Below are positions 30,427 to 39,472 of a DNA stretch of 64,000 nucleotides, in pieces. This DNA comes from Ignavibacteriota bacterium. Its GTDB lineage: Bacteria > Bacteroidota > Ignavibacteria > UBA10030 > UBA6906. Where the stretch lies: contig CAWDEM010000008.1 of NCBI GenBank assembly GCA_963801355.1, positions 736,001 to 800,000 of the forward strand, in the 5' to 3' direction. The notes below the pieces were generated by a model. The model was not told the origin of the DNA. It searched no databases and was given only the letters and a program-made list of their open reading frames with translations. Each line of letters opens with the position of its first letter. Position 1 is the stretch's first letter. A program made the position numbers and the translations under genes.

Positions 30427-32196
30427 TCACCGCTCGAGCCTGTAGATCGCATATGATCTGCCCGCGATCTTCAGAGTCATCTTCACGCCTTCCCGGGAGA
30501 TGTCGGGCGCTTTGCCGGCAAGCAGTGTGAGCCTGGCATAGGGAAACTGGAAATCAAATTCCGCTGTCGCGCCGTTTTGTGCGGGGTTCAGGATCACGAG
30601 AACAACATCGCGGCCTCTGGCTCTGCAATAGACAAAAGGATAGGCGCTCTTCTGAGCGAATACCGGAATGAACTCCGCATAAGCTGAAAGGGCCGGTTCA
30701 CTCTGCCGCAAACGGATGAGCGCGCGGGTTCGGTGCAGAAGGGACCGTTTATCTCTTTCCTGCGCGTCAACTGTTGGCGCGTCCGGAGCGGGGTCAACTG
30801 GCAGATAGAGTCGAGCCGGGGACGCCACGGAGAAACCGAGATTTGCACCCTTTGCCCACTGCATGGGTGTCCGCGCACCATTCCGGGGCCGGTACGCTCC
30901 CTCTACCTGGGGCCAGCTCTCAGGCATCTGGCGCATGCCGATCTCGTTGCCGTAGTAGATAAATGGGACTCCTGGCATCGTGAGCCCGAATGCATAGATA
31001 ATCTCTAAGTCATCGTCGCTCCGCCGGTTGCCCAGTCGCGCGTTGTCGTGGTTCCCAAGCGGAATGCAGACATACCCCTTCCCTTTTGTCCGTTCATACT
31101 GGTCCGTGTACTTCTCGAGGAAGAATGTAATGTCGCCTTTGCCTTCGGCATCAAAGTAGCTGTGGCCCTCCGAATAGCCGTTAAGAATTCGCCAGCTCTC
31201 TTTCTGGAAAAGATCATTGTATCCATCGAACCAGTGGAAGAAATCAGCGTGAAAGCACCCGTCGAGTGCGGACACGGGGTAGGACCATTCCGAGACGATA
31301 AAAGCATCCGGGTATTCCTTGTTGAGGATTTCACGGAGTTCGCGCCAGAACTTCTTTGTCCCTTCCTCCTGCGTGGTGAAAAACTGCTGGTCTCCCTCCA
31401 CCCCCGAGGTTTTCACGAGAGCGCCCGCCATGTCCGCCCGGAACCCGTCCGCCCCCATATCCATCCAGAAACGGAACACCCGCCTCATTTCTTCCTTCAT
31501 GGCTAGGACATCCGGGTGATCGATAGGTAGTTCCCATTTATGCTGGGGGTCTGGAACCGCAAATCCGTAGTTCAGGGCAGGCTGGCAGTAGTAGAAGTTC
31601 TGCATGTACTGCCCGTTTCTGGTTCCAAGTCCTTTGACGAAAGCGCCCTCAAATTTCTTCGGGGGATTCAGCCAGACATTGTCGGTCCAGACATACCAGT
31701 TCGAGAACTTCCCCTTCTCCTGCTTGGCCGACGCCTTGAACCATGGGTGCTCCATGGAAGTGTAGCTGGCTACAAAGTCGAAGAGCACGTGGAGTCCCCG
31801 CATGTGCGCTTCCTTGAAGAGTCTCCGCGCATCGTCGTTTGTCCCGTACCGCGGGGCAACCCGGTAGTAGTCAGAAATATCGTACCCGGCGTCGCAGAAA
31901 GGTGATTCGAAGAACGGGTTAATCCACATCGCATCCACGCCAAGGCTCTTGACGTAGTCCAGTTTCTGGATGATACCCTCCAGGTCACCTATACCGTCGC
32001 CGTTGGAATCGTAGAAGGTTTGAGGATAGATCTGGTAGAAGACCGCCGAGTGGACCCAGGGAGGACACGAAGGAGGTACTTCAGGACTTGGAGCCCCAAT
32101 CGCCCGGGAGGGCACATGCACATTGGCACATACAATCAACACTGCTGCGGTAGCCACCCTTGCAACGAAGGCGCGACATTCGTGACCGCTAAACAT
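30427..32196 (-). CDS. GH13 alpha-glucosidase/alpha-amylase family protein
   Basis: FYQIYPQTFYDSNGDGIGDL, GFRADMA, SEW, NHD, RTPMQW. Confidence 0.92.
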   Translation of the reverse strand: MFSGHECRAFVARVATAAVLIVCANVHVPSRAIGAPSPEVPPSCPPWVHSAVFYQIYPQTFYDSNGDGIGDLEGIIQKLDYVKSLGVDAMWINPFFESPFCDAGYDISDYYRVAPRYGTNDDARRLFKEAHMRGLHVLFDFVASYTSMEHPWFKASAKQEKGKFSNWYVWTDNVWLNPPKKFEGAFVKGLGTRNGQYMQNFYYCQPALNYGFAVPDPQHKWELPIDHPDVLAMKEEMRRVFRFWMDMGADGFRADMAGALVKTSGVEGDQQFFTTQEEGTKKFWRELREILNKEYPDAFIVSEWSYPVSALDGCFHADFFHWFDGYNDLFQKESWRILNGYSEGHSYFDAEGKGDITFFLEKYTDQYERTKGKGYVCIPLGNHDNARLGNRRSDDDLEIIYAFGLTMPGVPFIYYGNEIGMRQMPESWPQVEGAYRPRNGARTPMQWAKGANLGFSVASPARLYLPVDPAPDAPTVDAQERDKRSLLHRTRALIRLRQSEPALSAYAEFIPVFAQKSAYPFVYCRARGRDVVLVILNPAQNGATAEFDFQFPYARLTLLAGKAPDISREGVKMTLKIAGRSYAIYRLER

Positions 32197-32332
32197 GCGA
32201 GTTCTCCATGGCTGTGACTCTTCAAAAATCTGACCGCAATGAAAATAGGAAAACCCGACTACAATCGCTACTTGACCACCTGCTCACGGGAGTGCGGTTT
32301 TCAATTGGTCAAGAGTCGCACGCGTAATGTCC

Positions 32333-32770
32333 TCAACGAACGGGGACGGAGATTGTAACAAGCGTGTCCTGGGGAACGCCGCCGACGATCCTTGGAGAGT
32401 ATTTCCATTGAATCACCGCCTTGAGTACTGCTTTGTTGAAATAGGGGCTGCCGCTTGATACGATCCATGCCCTCTTGACATTCCCTCGCTTCGTGACCAC
32501 TGCATTCACTATTATTGGTGTGAACTCTCGGGGAGATCTGCCCGCGGGCGGAATTGCCTGAGCCATGAAAACCGGGAAAGGTTCGGCATCTATGATCGTA
32601 GAATCAGTAAGCTTGTAACTCATCATGGTGTCTTCTCCCATCAGCTCAACCCATTCGTCTGTCAACTTCACCATCAGTCTCTCCTTGGGGGCGGGTTGTG
32701 CAACCGCGGAGCCGAGCGGTACGATGAGAAGCGTAATGAAGACACCCAGCATCAAAGAGCGTGCGTTCAT
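32333..32770 (-). CDS. Secreted protein with TonB C-terminal-like domain
   Basis: RBS GAAGGAGG; signal peptide; V..RGNV...IVSS...FNKAVLKAV.QWKY.P. Confidence 0.7.
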   Translation of the reverse strand: MNARSLMLGVFITLLIVPLGSAVAQPAPKERLMVKLTDEWVELMGEDTMMSYKLTDSTIIDAEPFPVFMAQAIPPAGRSPREFTPIIVNAVVTKRGNVKRAWIVSSGSPYFNKAVLKAVIQWKYSPRIVGGVPQDTLVTISVPVR

Positions 32771-33230
32771 AGGTCCCTCCTTCAGTTGACGTATCGACTC
32801 GTCCTCCATCCCATAAGCCACAAGTACGCTTCTTCTTTGTACAGGTCGATTGAGGCACCTCAGAAACTTCTCGTCCCTTCTGTGAAGCATCCAAGCTGAT
32901 CAGGCATCCTGCTAAGGACATGTCAGAGCAGTTCTGAGTTCTGTGCTGCGTATTCAGGGAAGACGATGATCCATGTTAGACAGTTGTGGATAGCGCGAAT
33001 CGGTGTTTGAGGCTTGTCAGCCAATGGGTCGTCGGGTGGGCGCTACAACGAGGGAACCGAAACAGTGTCCAGACTGGCGGCTCGATGGCTGGGGAAGCCA
33101 TCGTGCTCTCCTCTCCCGGAAATATATGCTACCGGTGGAGCAAAGTCAATATGCATCAACTCGGGGAGTGTTCGAATGTTCGAACTGCCGCCGTGTGTTC
33201 TAGCAGAAAATAGCACGATTCAGGAACGTA

Positions 33231-33824
33231 TCAGCCGCCACGTTTGTAAAAGCTTGTCCAACCTTTACTCCGGATCATCGAGCCGCCGGGAATCAACCGC
33301 GCCGTCATGCTCGCCGCCAGTAAATCTCCGGATCCGAGCAGCGCGTTGAGAACCGAAATGTAGCCCAACAATAGTGACGCTGTCTGTGTCACAGCGGCAT
33401 AAAGAAGCGGTAGTATGCTGATTACAACAAATGGCATAATCAGAATAATCAGGCATCGGGTTTTCGTCAGGGCCCCAGTGAAAATTGTGTATACGAACAT
33501 TTTTGAAGCGAAGAAGCCAATCACTGTTTCTTTGGAGAGCCCGAATTGTGGATGGAGGCTAGCATGGATGAGTTCATGCACAACAATCACTCCGACAATA
33601 GTAACCGCATTTCTGAGGATTGGAGGCGGAAAAGTCAGTGTTCCCAGAGAATAACGAACCGGTGTAAGGAGCATCCAGAGAAGGGCGAATACGCCAGTGG
33701 TGATTATTGCTATCGGAATCGCCCTTAGCTGAAAGCCCCACATTGACGGTTCCTGCAACACGGTCCAGTTGTCGTCAGGTGTGAACTCAGGTACTTCTGG
33801 AAGGGGTCCAAGTTTAAAGGTCAT
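33231..33824 (-). CDS. DUF3267-like membrane zinc metalloprotease
   Basis: VHELIH zinc motif, several TM helices, N...GSGDL; GGAGG RBS. Confidence 0.8.
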   Translation of the reverse strand: MTFKLGPLPEVPEFTPDDNWTVLQEPSMWGFQLRAIPIAIITTGVFALLWMLLTPVRYSLGTLTFPPPILRNAVTIVGVIVVHELIHASLHPQFGLSKETVIGFFASKMFVYTIFTGALTKTRCLIILIMPFVVISILPLLYAAVTQTASLLLGYISVLNALLGSGDLLAASMTARLIPGGSMIRSKGWTSFYKRGG

Positions 33825-33980
33825 ACGACCTCCGGCTCAGGCAACCCAATTGACATTTTGCCGCCGCGGGTGGGTTATTCTGTGCATGATACCAAGCGTA
33901 ATTCAGGGAATCAAGGCTTGTTGAATCACAGCTAGAATGTATGATTTCAGCACGATTTGGGAGATCCTGCCCTCTCCATT

Positions 33981-34079
33981 GTCTCATGTGATGGTCTCAC
34001 GTGATCATGGGGTATCGTGTGATCATGGGGTCTCGTGTGATCATGGGGTCTCATGTGAACATGGGGTTTCATGTGATCA
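33981..34079. repeat. 18-bp tandem repeat, about 4.5-5 copies (GTGATCATGGGGTCTCRT)
   Basis: Units start at 34001, 34019, 34037 and 34055, with a partial unit at 34073 and a degenerate copy at 33981. Confidence 0.9.
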
Positions 34080-34171
34080 ATTCGTGTATTTGACTCTTGC
34101 CCTTTCCCACCGTATCTTTGCCCCAGGCCAGCTGCTCGTTCTTAGCCGACGCGTACTCCTCTGGAGGCTTC

Positions 34172-36553
34172 ATGGTCGGCACCACCGTCTTCCACTACAA
34201 GATCCTCGAGCACCTCGGCGGGGGGGGCATGGGCGTTGTCTACAAAGCCCAGGACCTCAAACTCGACCGCAACGTCGCACTCAAGTTTCTTCCTCCGGAC
34301 TTGACGCGCGATCCCGAAGCCAGACTCCGTTTTATCCACGAAGCCAAAGCGGCGTCTGCCCTCCAGCACGAAAGCATAGGCGTTATCCATGATATCGATC
34401 AAACCCCCGATGGTCAGACGTTCATCGTGCTGGAGTACTACGACGGGAAGACCATCAAGAAGGAGATAGCCCGCGGGTTGCTCCCGATTGACCGGGCCAT
34501 AGACATTGCCATCCAGGTGGGAGAGGGGCTGGCGGAGGCACACCGCCACGGCATCGTGCACCGTGACATCAAGCCCGCCAATATCATGCTGACTCCTCAG
34601 GGAAAGGCAAGGATTGTGGATTTCGGGCTGGCGCTTCTGACGGGAGCGACCAGAGTAACCTCGGATGGCCGCAGGGTCGGGACCGTCACGCACATGTCTC
34701 CGGAGCAAGCGCGGGGAGATCCGGTTGATCACCGGACCGACATCTGGTCGTTCGGCGTGCTCCTGTATGAAATGATTTCCGGGCGGCTTCCCTTCGACAG
34801 TTCCTACGAACAGGCGATTGTGTACTCCATTCTCAACGCAGATCCGCCGCTCCTTTCCTCTTTGAGGCCGGAAGTTCCCGCCCGGCTTGACGACATTGTT
34901 CGGAAAGCACTCGCCAAGGACGCTGGCTCTCGATACCAGAGCATCATGGACATGGTGGAGGACCTCCGTCAGATCAGAAGCCAATCATCGGGGACCGGTA
35001 CCGCGCGCCGCTTTGCCGGCGCGTCCGCAACATCGGCGAAAAGGCGTCGGTGGCTGATCGGCACTGGTGCGGCTGCACTGGTCCTCGCTGCCGCAGCTTT
35101 CTGGTACTTCCAGAGTCCTCCATCACCCCAGAATGCAGAGAAGAACCAACTTGCCCTGCAGCTCCTGACAGTTCGCAATGAGAGTCACGATTCCCGGGGG
35201 GATGATTGGGCTCGACTCGTTGAGCACACCTACCTTCCCACGCAACTGGCCGACAAGCAGGATGTCCTCGTCTTCCATGAAGCATCCTCAAGAGCCGATT
35301 TCGATCTCAGCGGAGAAATTGTACGGGCGGAATCAGCATTCGTTCTACAGCTCAGACTTCAGGAACCCGAGTCCGGAAGGCTGCGATATGTCGCGACTGC
35401 ATCGTTCAGGCACCCCGATGAACTCGAAAATGCCACGTCAACCGTGTCCCGCAATATTCTTTGGTTCCTGGAAATCCGGGTGTTGAATCGGGACCTGGAC
35501 CCCTGGATGCCACGCACGCTCTCCGACAGCACAACGATTGCGTTTCTTAAGGCGATGACGTACTCCCTTAGCGGCGAGCGCGGGGGGGGAGTATATCTCT
35601 ACGAAGCCATCAGGCTTGATTCGTCGTTTGTCGCTCCGCGTGTCTGGCTGATTCCGGATCTCGTCGGGAGAAGCGAGAAAGCAGACCATGACGAAGCGCA
35701 AAAACACTATCGTGTTCTCCAGTCGTTGAAATCCGGAGTAACTCCCTTTGAGCTGGCCATGATCGAGCTCGCGGGGTGCTACCTGTATGGCAATCTTCAA
35801 TGTCGCGTCACGGCTCTGGAAAAGGGGTTGCGGTTTGCGCCCGGCAACAGAATTGTTCTCGCGAACCTGGGACTGGGTTACGTCAGGCTGGAGAAATTTG
35901 AAGAGGCTGCCGAAGCATATGATCCCGTCGTGCAATCGCATATGGCCTACCCCCCGGCGTACCCTGAATATGCGCGCGTGCTGATCAAGCTAAAGCGGTT
36001 TGACGACGCACGCGCAGTCCTCGACAAGGCCCTTTCTATCCGTCCGGTCGACCCCGATACCTATAGCGTTCTCGCGGCGTTTGCCTGGAAGAATGGGGAC
36101 TCGGCGGAGGCCAGACAATATGAGCTGAGATCCCTTGAGGGCTTGAAGAACAGGAAGGGAACGTGGGGAGATGTGTGCGAGTCCCTGGGCAGAATTCTTC
36201 TGGACATGGACGAGCCGGCTCTCAGCGCGATGTTTTTGCATGATGCCGTTGTCGAGAAACCCGGCGTTGCATCGGCCCGAGCTGCCCTCGCCCGTGCGCT
36301 GACCCGGACAGGAGATCTGGCGGGTGGGGAGTTGGAAGCGGAGTCGGCCCTCAGGCTGAACGGTTCCTGCTCCGAGGCGCACGCTTTGTTGGGCCAGCTC
36401 TACCTGGAACGCGGATCGCTCGATCAGGCGCGAGCCCATATTCGGAAGTATCTGGATCTGGATTCCGTAACAGTCACAGCCCTGAACTTTCAACGCAAAC
36501 TCGGCGCGATCGAATCGACGCTCGGTTCTCGTGCGGCGGACGCACAACAATGA
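34172..36553 (+). CDS. Membrane Ser/Thr protein kinase with C-terminal TPR domain
   Basis: [31 protein letters not shown]; TM WLIGTGAAALVLAAAAFWYF; multiple TPRs; GGAGG RBS before ATG 34172. Confidence 0.92.
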   Translation: MVGTTVFHYKILEHLGGGGMGVVYKAQDLKLDRNVALKFLPPDLTRDPEARLRFIHEAKAASALQHESIGVIHDIDQTPDGQTFIVLEYYDGKTIKKEIARGLLPIDRAIDIAIQVGEGLAEAHRHGIVHRDIKPANIMLTPQGKARIVDFGLALLTGATRVTSDGRRVGTVTHMSPEQARGDPVDHRTDIWSFGVLLYEMISGRLPFDSSYEQAIVYSILNADPPLLSSLRPEVPARLDDIVRKALAKDAGSRYQSIMDMVEDLRQIRSQSSGTGTARRFAGASATSAKRRRWLIGTGAAALVLAAAAFWYFQSPPSPQNAEKNQLALQLLTVRNESHDSRGDDWARLVEHTYLPTQLADKQDVLVFHEASSRADFDLSGEIVRAESAFVLQLRLQEPESGRLRYVATASFRHPDELENATSTVSRNILWFLEIRVLNRDLDPWMPRTLSDSTTIAFLKAMTYSLSGERGGGVYLYEAIRLDSSFVAPRVWLIPDLVGRSEKADHDEAQKHYRVLQSLKSGVTPFELAMIELAGCYLYGNLQCRVTALEKGLRFAPGNRIVLANLGLGYVRLEKFEEAAEAYDPVVQSHMAYPPAYPEYARVLIKLKRFDDARAVLDKALSIRPVDPDTYSVLAAFAWKNGDSAEARQYELRSLEGLKNRKGTWGDVCESLGRILLDMDEPALSAMFLHDAVVEKPGVASARAALARALTRTGDLAGGELEAESALRLNGSCSEAHALLGQLYLERGSLDQARAHIRKYLDLDSVTVTALNFQRKLGAIESTLGSRAADAQQ

Positions 36554-36716
36554 ATGATCTCACGGTCTCCCCTTCTCGAGCGACATACAGGAAGAACGGC
36601 ACCCGTCAAATCATACACCTTTTGATGCTGGACCCGATCGTGAAGTAAAAACATTCACCCACTGTTCGAAGTCTTAGCGCGAACAGTATTTCTCAGTATT
36701 CTCACAGGAGGTCTAT

Positions 36717-37010
36717 ATGCGCCATACCAATCCAGTCGAACGCGCGATTCAAGCAGCGCTCAATGATATTAACCTTCTGCGAGTGCTCGTACGGGCGACG
36801 AGTGACTCTGAGGCCAATGAGGTTCTCAGTGAATACAACCCGAAACTCAAACTCCGCGGTAATGACGTGAAGGCGTTCTTTGATACTCTGAAGGATGGCA
36901 GGTCATGCATAACCGCAGCGGAACTTGTCGACTTGTACGATGGCCTCCAGCCTCCCAAACGCCCAAAGGCAATACGTGGTAAGGAGGGGGAGTGGGTACC
37001 CCGGGGATGA
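36717..37010 (+). CDS. 97-aa hypothetical protein; candidate RiPP/pheromone precursor with C-terminal Trp
   Basis: Strong RBS CAGGAGG; helical leader-like N-terminus VERAIQAALNDINLLRVL; P/K/G-rich tail ending GEWVPRG; the only Trp is 5th from the end. Confidence 0.7.
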   Translation: MRHTNPVERAIQAALNDINLLRVLVRATSDSEANEVLSEYNPKLKLRGNDVKAFFDTLKDGRSCITAAELVDLYDGLQPPKRPKAIRGKEGEWVPRG

Positions 37011-37013
37011 GGA

Positions 37014-37958
37014 GTGGTCACGCCTGCTGAGCAGCTGGAGCAATTCGTGGGGACATGGGACCCCTCGCTTGCGCGGGAGTTCCGCCAGTATGACCGTCTC
37101 CTTCGGGCAAAAGCCCGCCCCCCGCCGTGTGGATGGGGCCAGAAAGGAATCGAGCCCTACTGGAAGGAGCTTCCGCGATGGCTGGTCGAGCGGAGAAGCA
37201 ACGGGCGGCAAGCAGGGTCCAAAGGGTTTCTTGACACTGTCATCTGGGGGCAGACTGCCCTTTTCTATGCTGTGCGTCTCCAGGACGATCTGTTAGACCG
37301 AGATCTTCCACGTGCTCCACTTGTGCTGGCTCCCCTCCTCTTCCTGTCGGAAGCAGATCGGACCTACGCTTCGATCATCGACACGAAATCTGCTTTCTGG
37401 AACCACTATCGCCTGGCGCTCCAGACCACGCTGGCAGGAATCGCCCGGGTTGCAGGATTGCAGCGGAACCCTGAGGCGCCTGCCGATGAACTGCTGCAGT
37501 GCTACGGGAACGTTGACGCTATCTTCTCGGTCGGTTCCGCGGCGGTCTGCGAACGGATGGGAACGGCTGAAAACATCCCCCATGTCAATGAGTTTGTGAG
37601 TGAGCTGGGGAAAGTCCTCCTTGCGCTTGACGACGCTGAGGATATCGAAGAAGATCTTCTGGATAGCCGCCTGAACTATCCCGCCCGGATACTTCTCGAG
37701 GGGAGAATTGCGGGTGGAGCTGATCCCTCTCTCCTTGCAGAAACCTGGCGTGTGCACGCACGCCCGGAAGGCCTCGATGAGATCAGGAAGGCACTCCTTG
37801 GATGCCTGAGCCGGGCCGCCGACGCAATCGCCCCCCTCGGGCTCAAGCCTGCGATGGATCTGATCGCGACGACGAGGGGCGAGGTCCAGGACCTCCGGAT
37901 TCACTTCAAAACCAACATACGTTTTGTCGATACGAAGTCTCCTGCTTGGAGACGATAG
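37014..37958 (+). CDS. Class I isoprenoid-synthase-fold protein; candidate ComQ-like peptide prenyltransferase
   Basis: First Asp-rich motif QDDLLD, second LDDAEDIEED followed by RLNYP; starts 3 bp after the peptide gene. Confidence 0.75.
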   Translation: MVTPAEQLEQFVGTWDPSLAREFRQYDRLLRAKARPPPCGWGQKGIEPYWKELPRWLVERRSNGRQAGSKGFLDTVIWGQTALFYAVRLQDDLLDRDLPRAPLVLAPLLFLSEADRTYASIIDTKSAFWNHYRLALQTTLAGIARVAGLQRNPEAPADELLQCYGNVDAIFSVGSAAVCERMGTAENIPHVNEFVSELGKVLLALDDAEDIEEDLLDSRLNYPARILLEGRIAGGADPSLLAETWRVHARPEGLDEIRKALLGCLSRAADAIAPLGLKPAMDLIATTRGEVQDLRIHFKTNIRFVDTKSPAWRR

Positions 37959-39172
37959 AAATACATTCCGCTGGCAAGTCCGGCGGCGTCAAAGCTCACC
38001 GAGTGGTAGCCTGCATCTTTCGCGTCATTCACCAGTACTGCTACTTCACGACCGAGTACGTCACACACGCCGAGTTTCACGTATGAGGCTCGCGGCAGCT
38101 CGTACCGGATGGTGGTGCTCGGGTTAAAAGGATTGGGGTAGTTCGAGAGCAAGCGGTAGGTGTCCGGCGCTCCCGCCGCTGGATCGGATGTCGAAGTGGG
38201 AGAACCCCATCCACCATTCACGGTACGGACGACAATGCCGCGATAGCCGACCGCCCAACCTCTGCTCGTGTCCAGAAAGCACACTGCGCGCAGGTCCAGC
38301 GTGGTGTTGCTCTGCTGCAGTACCCAGGTTCCCCCGTTGTCTCTTGTTCTGTAGATCTTGCCGCCTGATCCGATCAGCGTCCCGACTGCAGGGTCCTTGA
38401 ACGACATCCCTTGAACCGACACCGGGATGGGCGATACTCCTTTCCACGTAGCACCGCCATTCGTCGTGCGATAAATTGAATCTCCCGCGGCGTAGCCAAT
38501 GCTCGCGTTGGGAAATGAAACCGCGGTCACAACGCGGCTGGGTGAATACATCACCGTGTCCCAGCTTCCTCCCCCGTCTGTGGTCCTAAGGACGACACCC
38601 TGGTTGCTCGGTCGCAAATTGTTTCCCCCCACAACAATCCATGTGTCTCCGCTCACGGGGGCTACCCCGAAAAAATTCAGTTCGTAAGGACCAAAGGAGT
38701 TGGAGAGAATGGACCATTTGGCGCCGCCGTCCGTCAAGCTGACAATAGTCTTATACATACCGACCGCCATCCCCACATTGCCGGAGAAATCGACCGCCCG
38801 GAGAACAGTAGAATACACATAGAGCGAATCATAGATCCATGTCTGCCCTGCATCGGTGGTTCGAAAGGTTGAGCTGCCCACCGCCACCCATCTGCTCGAA
38901 TCGAAGCAGTGCACGGCCGTGAAAGAGTTCTCTTGTCCGTACAAGCCGTACGCAGTTCCCAGAGGCAGCCAGGTCTTCCCTCCGTCAGTTGTCCGTTTGG
39001 CTGAATCGCCAACGAGAACACCTGCGTTAGCGCTTGTGAACTCCACTCCCCACAGATTGCCGATTGTTTGTATGTGGATGGTGTCCCTTACCCACCCCTG
39101 TTGCGCTTGGGATTCACGAGAAATCAGCAGCGAGCAGAAGAGTACGGTCATGAGGAAGAAGTGGGGTTTCAT
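37901..39172 (-). CDS. YCF48/BNR-repeat beta-propeller protein with T9SS C-terminal sorting domain
   Basis: Repeated RTTDGGxTW Asp-boxes; LLSNYPNPFNPSTTIRY...LASGMYFYRL...KRMLVLK. Confidence 0.88.
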   Translation of the reverse strand: MKPHFFLMTVLFCSLLISRESQAQQGWVRDTIHIQTIGNLWGVEFTSANAGVLVGDSAKRTTDGGKTWLPLGTAYGLYGQENSFTAVHCFDSSRWVAVGSSTFRTTDAGQTWIYDSLYVYSTVLRAVDFSGNVGMAVGMYKTIVSLTDGGAKWSILSNSFGPYELNFFGVAPVSGDTWIVVGGNNLRPSNQGVVLRTTDGGGSWDTVMYSPSRVVTAVSFPNASIGYAAGDSIYRTTNGGATWKGVSPIPVSVQGMSFKDPAVGTLIGSGGKIYRTRDNGGTWVLQQSNTTLDLRAVCFLDTSRGWAVGYRGIVVRTVNGGWGSPTSTSDPAAGAPDTYRLLSNYPNPFNPSTTIRYELPRASYVKLGVCDVLGREVAVLVNDAKDAGYHSVSFDAAGLASGMYFYRLQAGDFVSTKRMLVLK

Positions 39173-39348
39173 ACAACCTCCCTCTTTTGCTGTTGTGGAG
39201 GAATTGCGGGATAGAGTCGATATCTTGATGATCCGGGGTGATTCGCCGGTCCCGGTTCTTCATGTGGAGAGACTGTTTCACCCGGGTCACCATGCTGTTC
39301 TTTGGTCGAAATATATCCCGCCGTTCAGGCAAAGTCAATTCCTTGGAG

Positions 39349-39376
39349 GGCTCACTTTGACAGGCTCACTTTGACA
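39349..39376. repeat. 14-bp tandem duplication GGCTCACTTTGACA x2 in a divergent promoter region
   Basis: Exact direct repeat at 39349-39362 and 39363-39376. Confidence 0.85.
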
Positions 39377-39472
39377 AGCGCAACGCAGGGGGGGGTGGGG
39401 GTCTGATAGCCGTTGTCTTTCACGTTGCCCTTTTGTACCTTCACGCTGCCATTCTCCGAAAAGGATTCCACT

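Noticed and set aside
33168-33190. TTCGAACTGCCG 12-bp match to the tRNA/att fragment
   Set aside because: Too short, and the flanks do not continue the tRNA sequence; likely chance.
33981-34079. Repeat block as a CRISPR array
   Set aside because: The units are contiguous, with no unique spacers and no cas genes in the window.
33937-34392. 151-aa ORF with CDHGVS repeats as a metal-binding protein
   Set aside because: It overlaps the kinase gene out of frame, and the periodicity follows simply from the 18-bp DNA repeat; no clear RBS.
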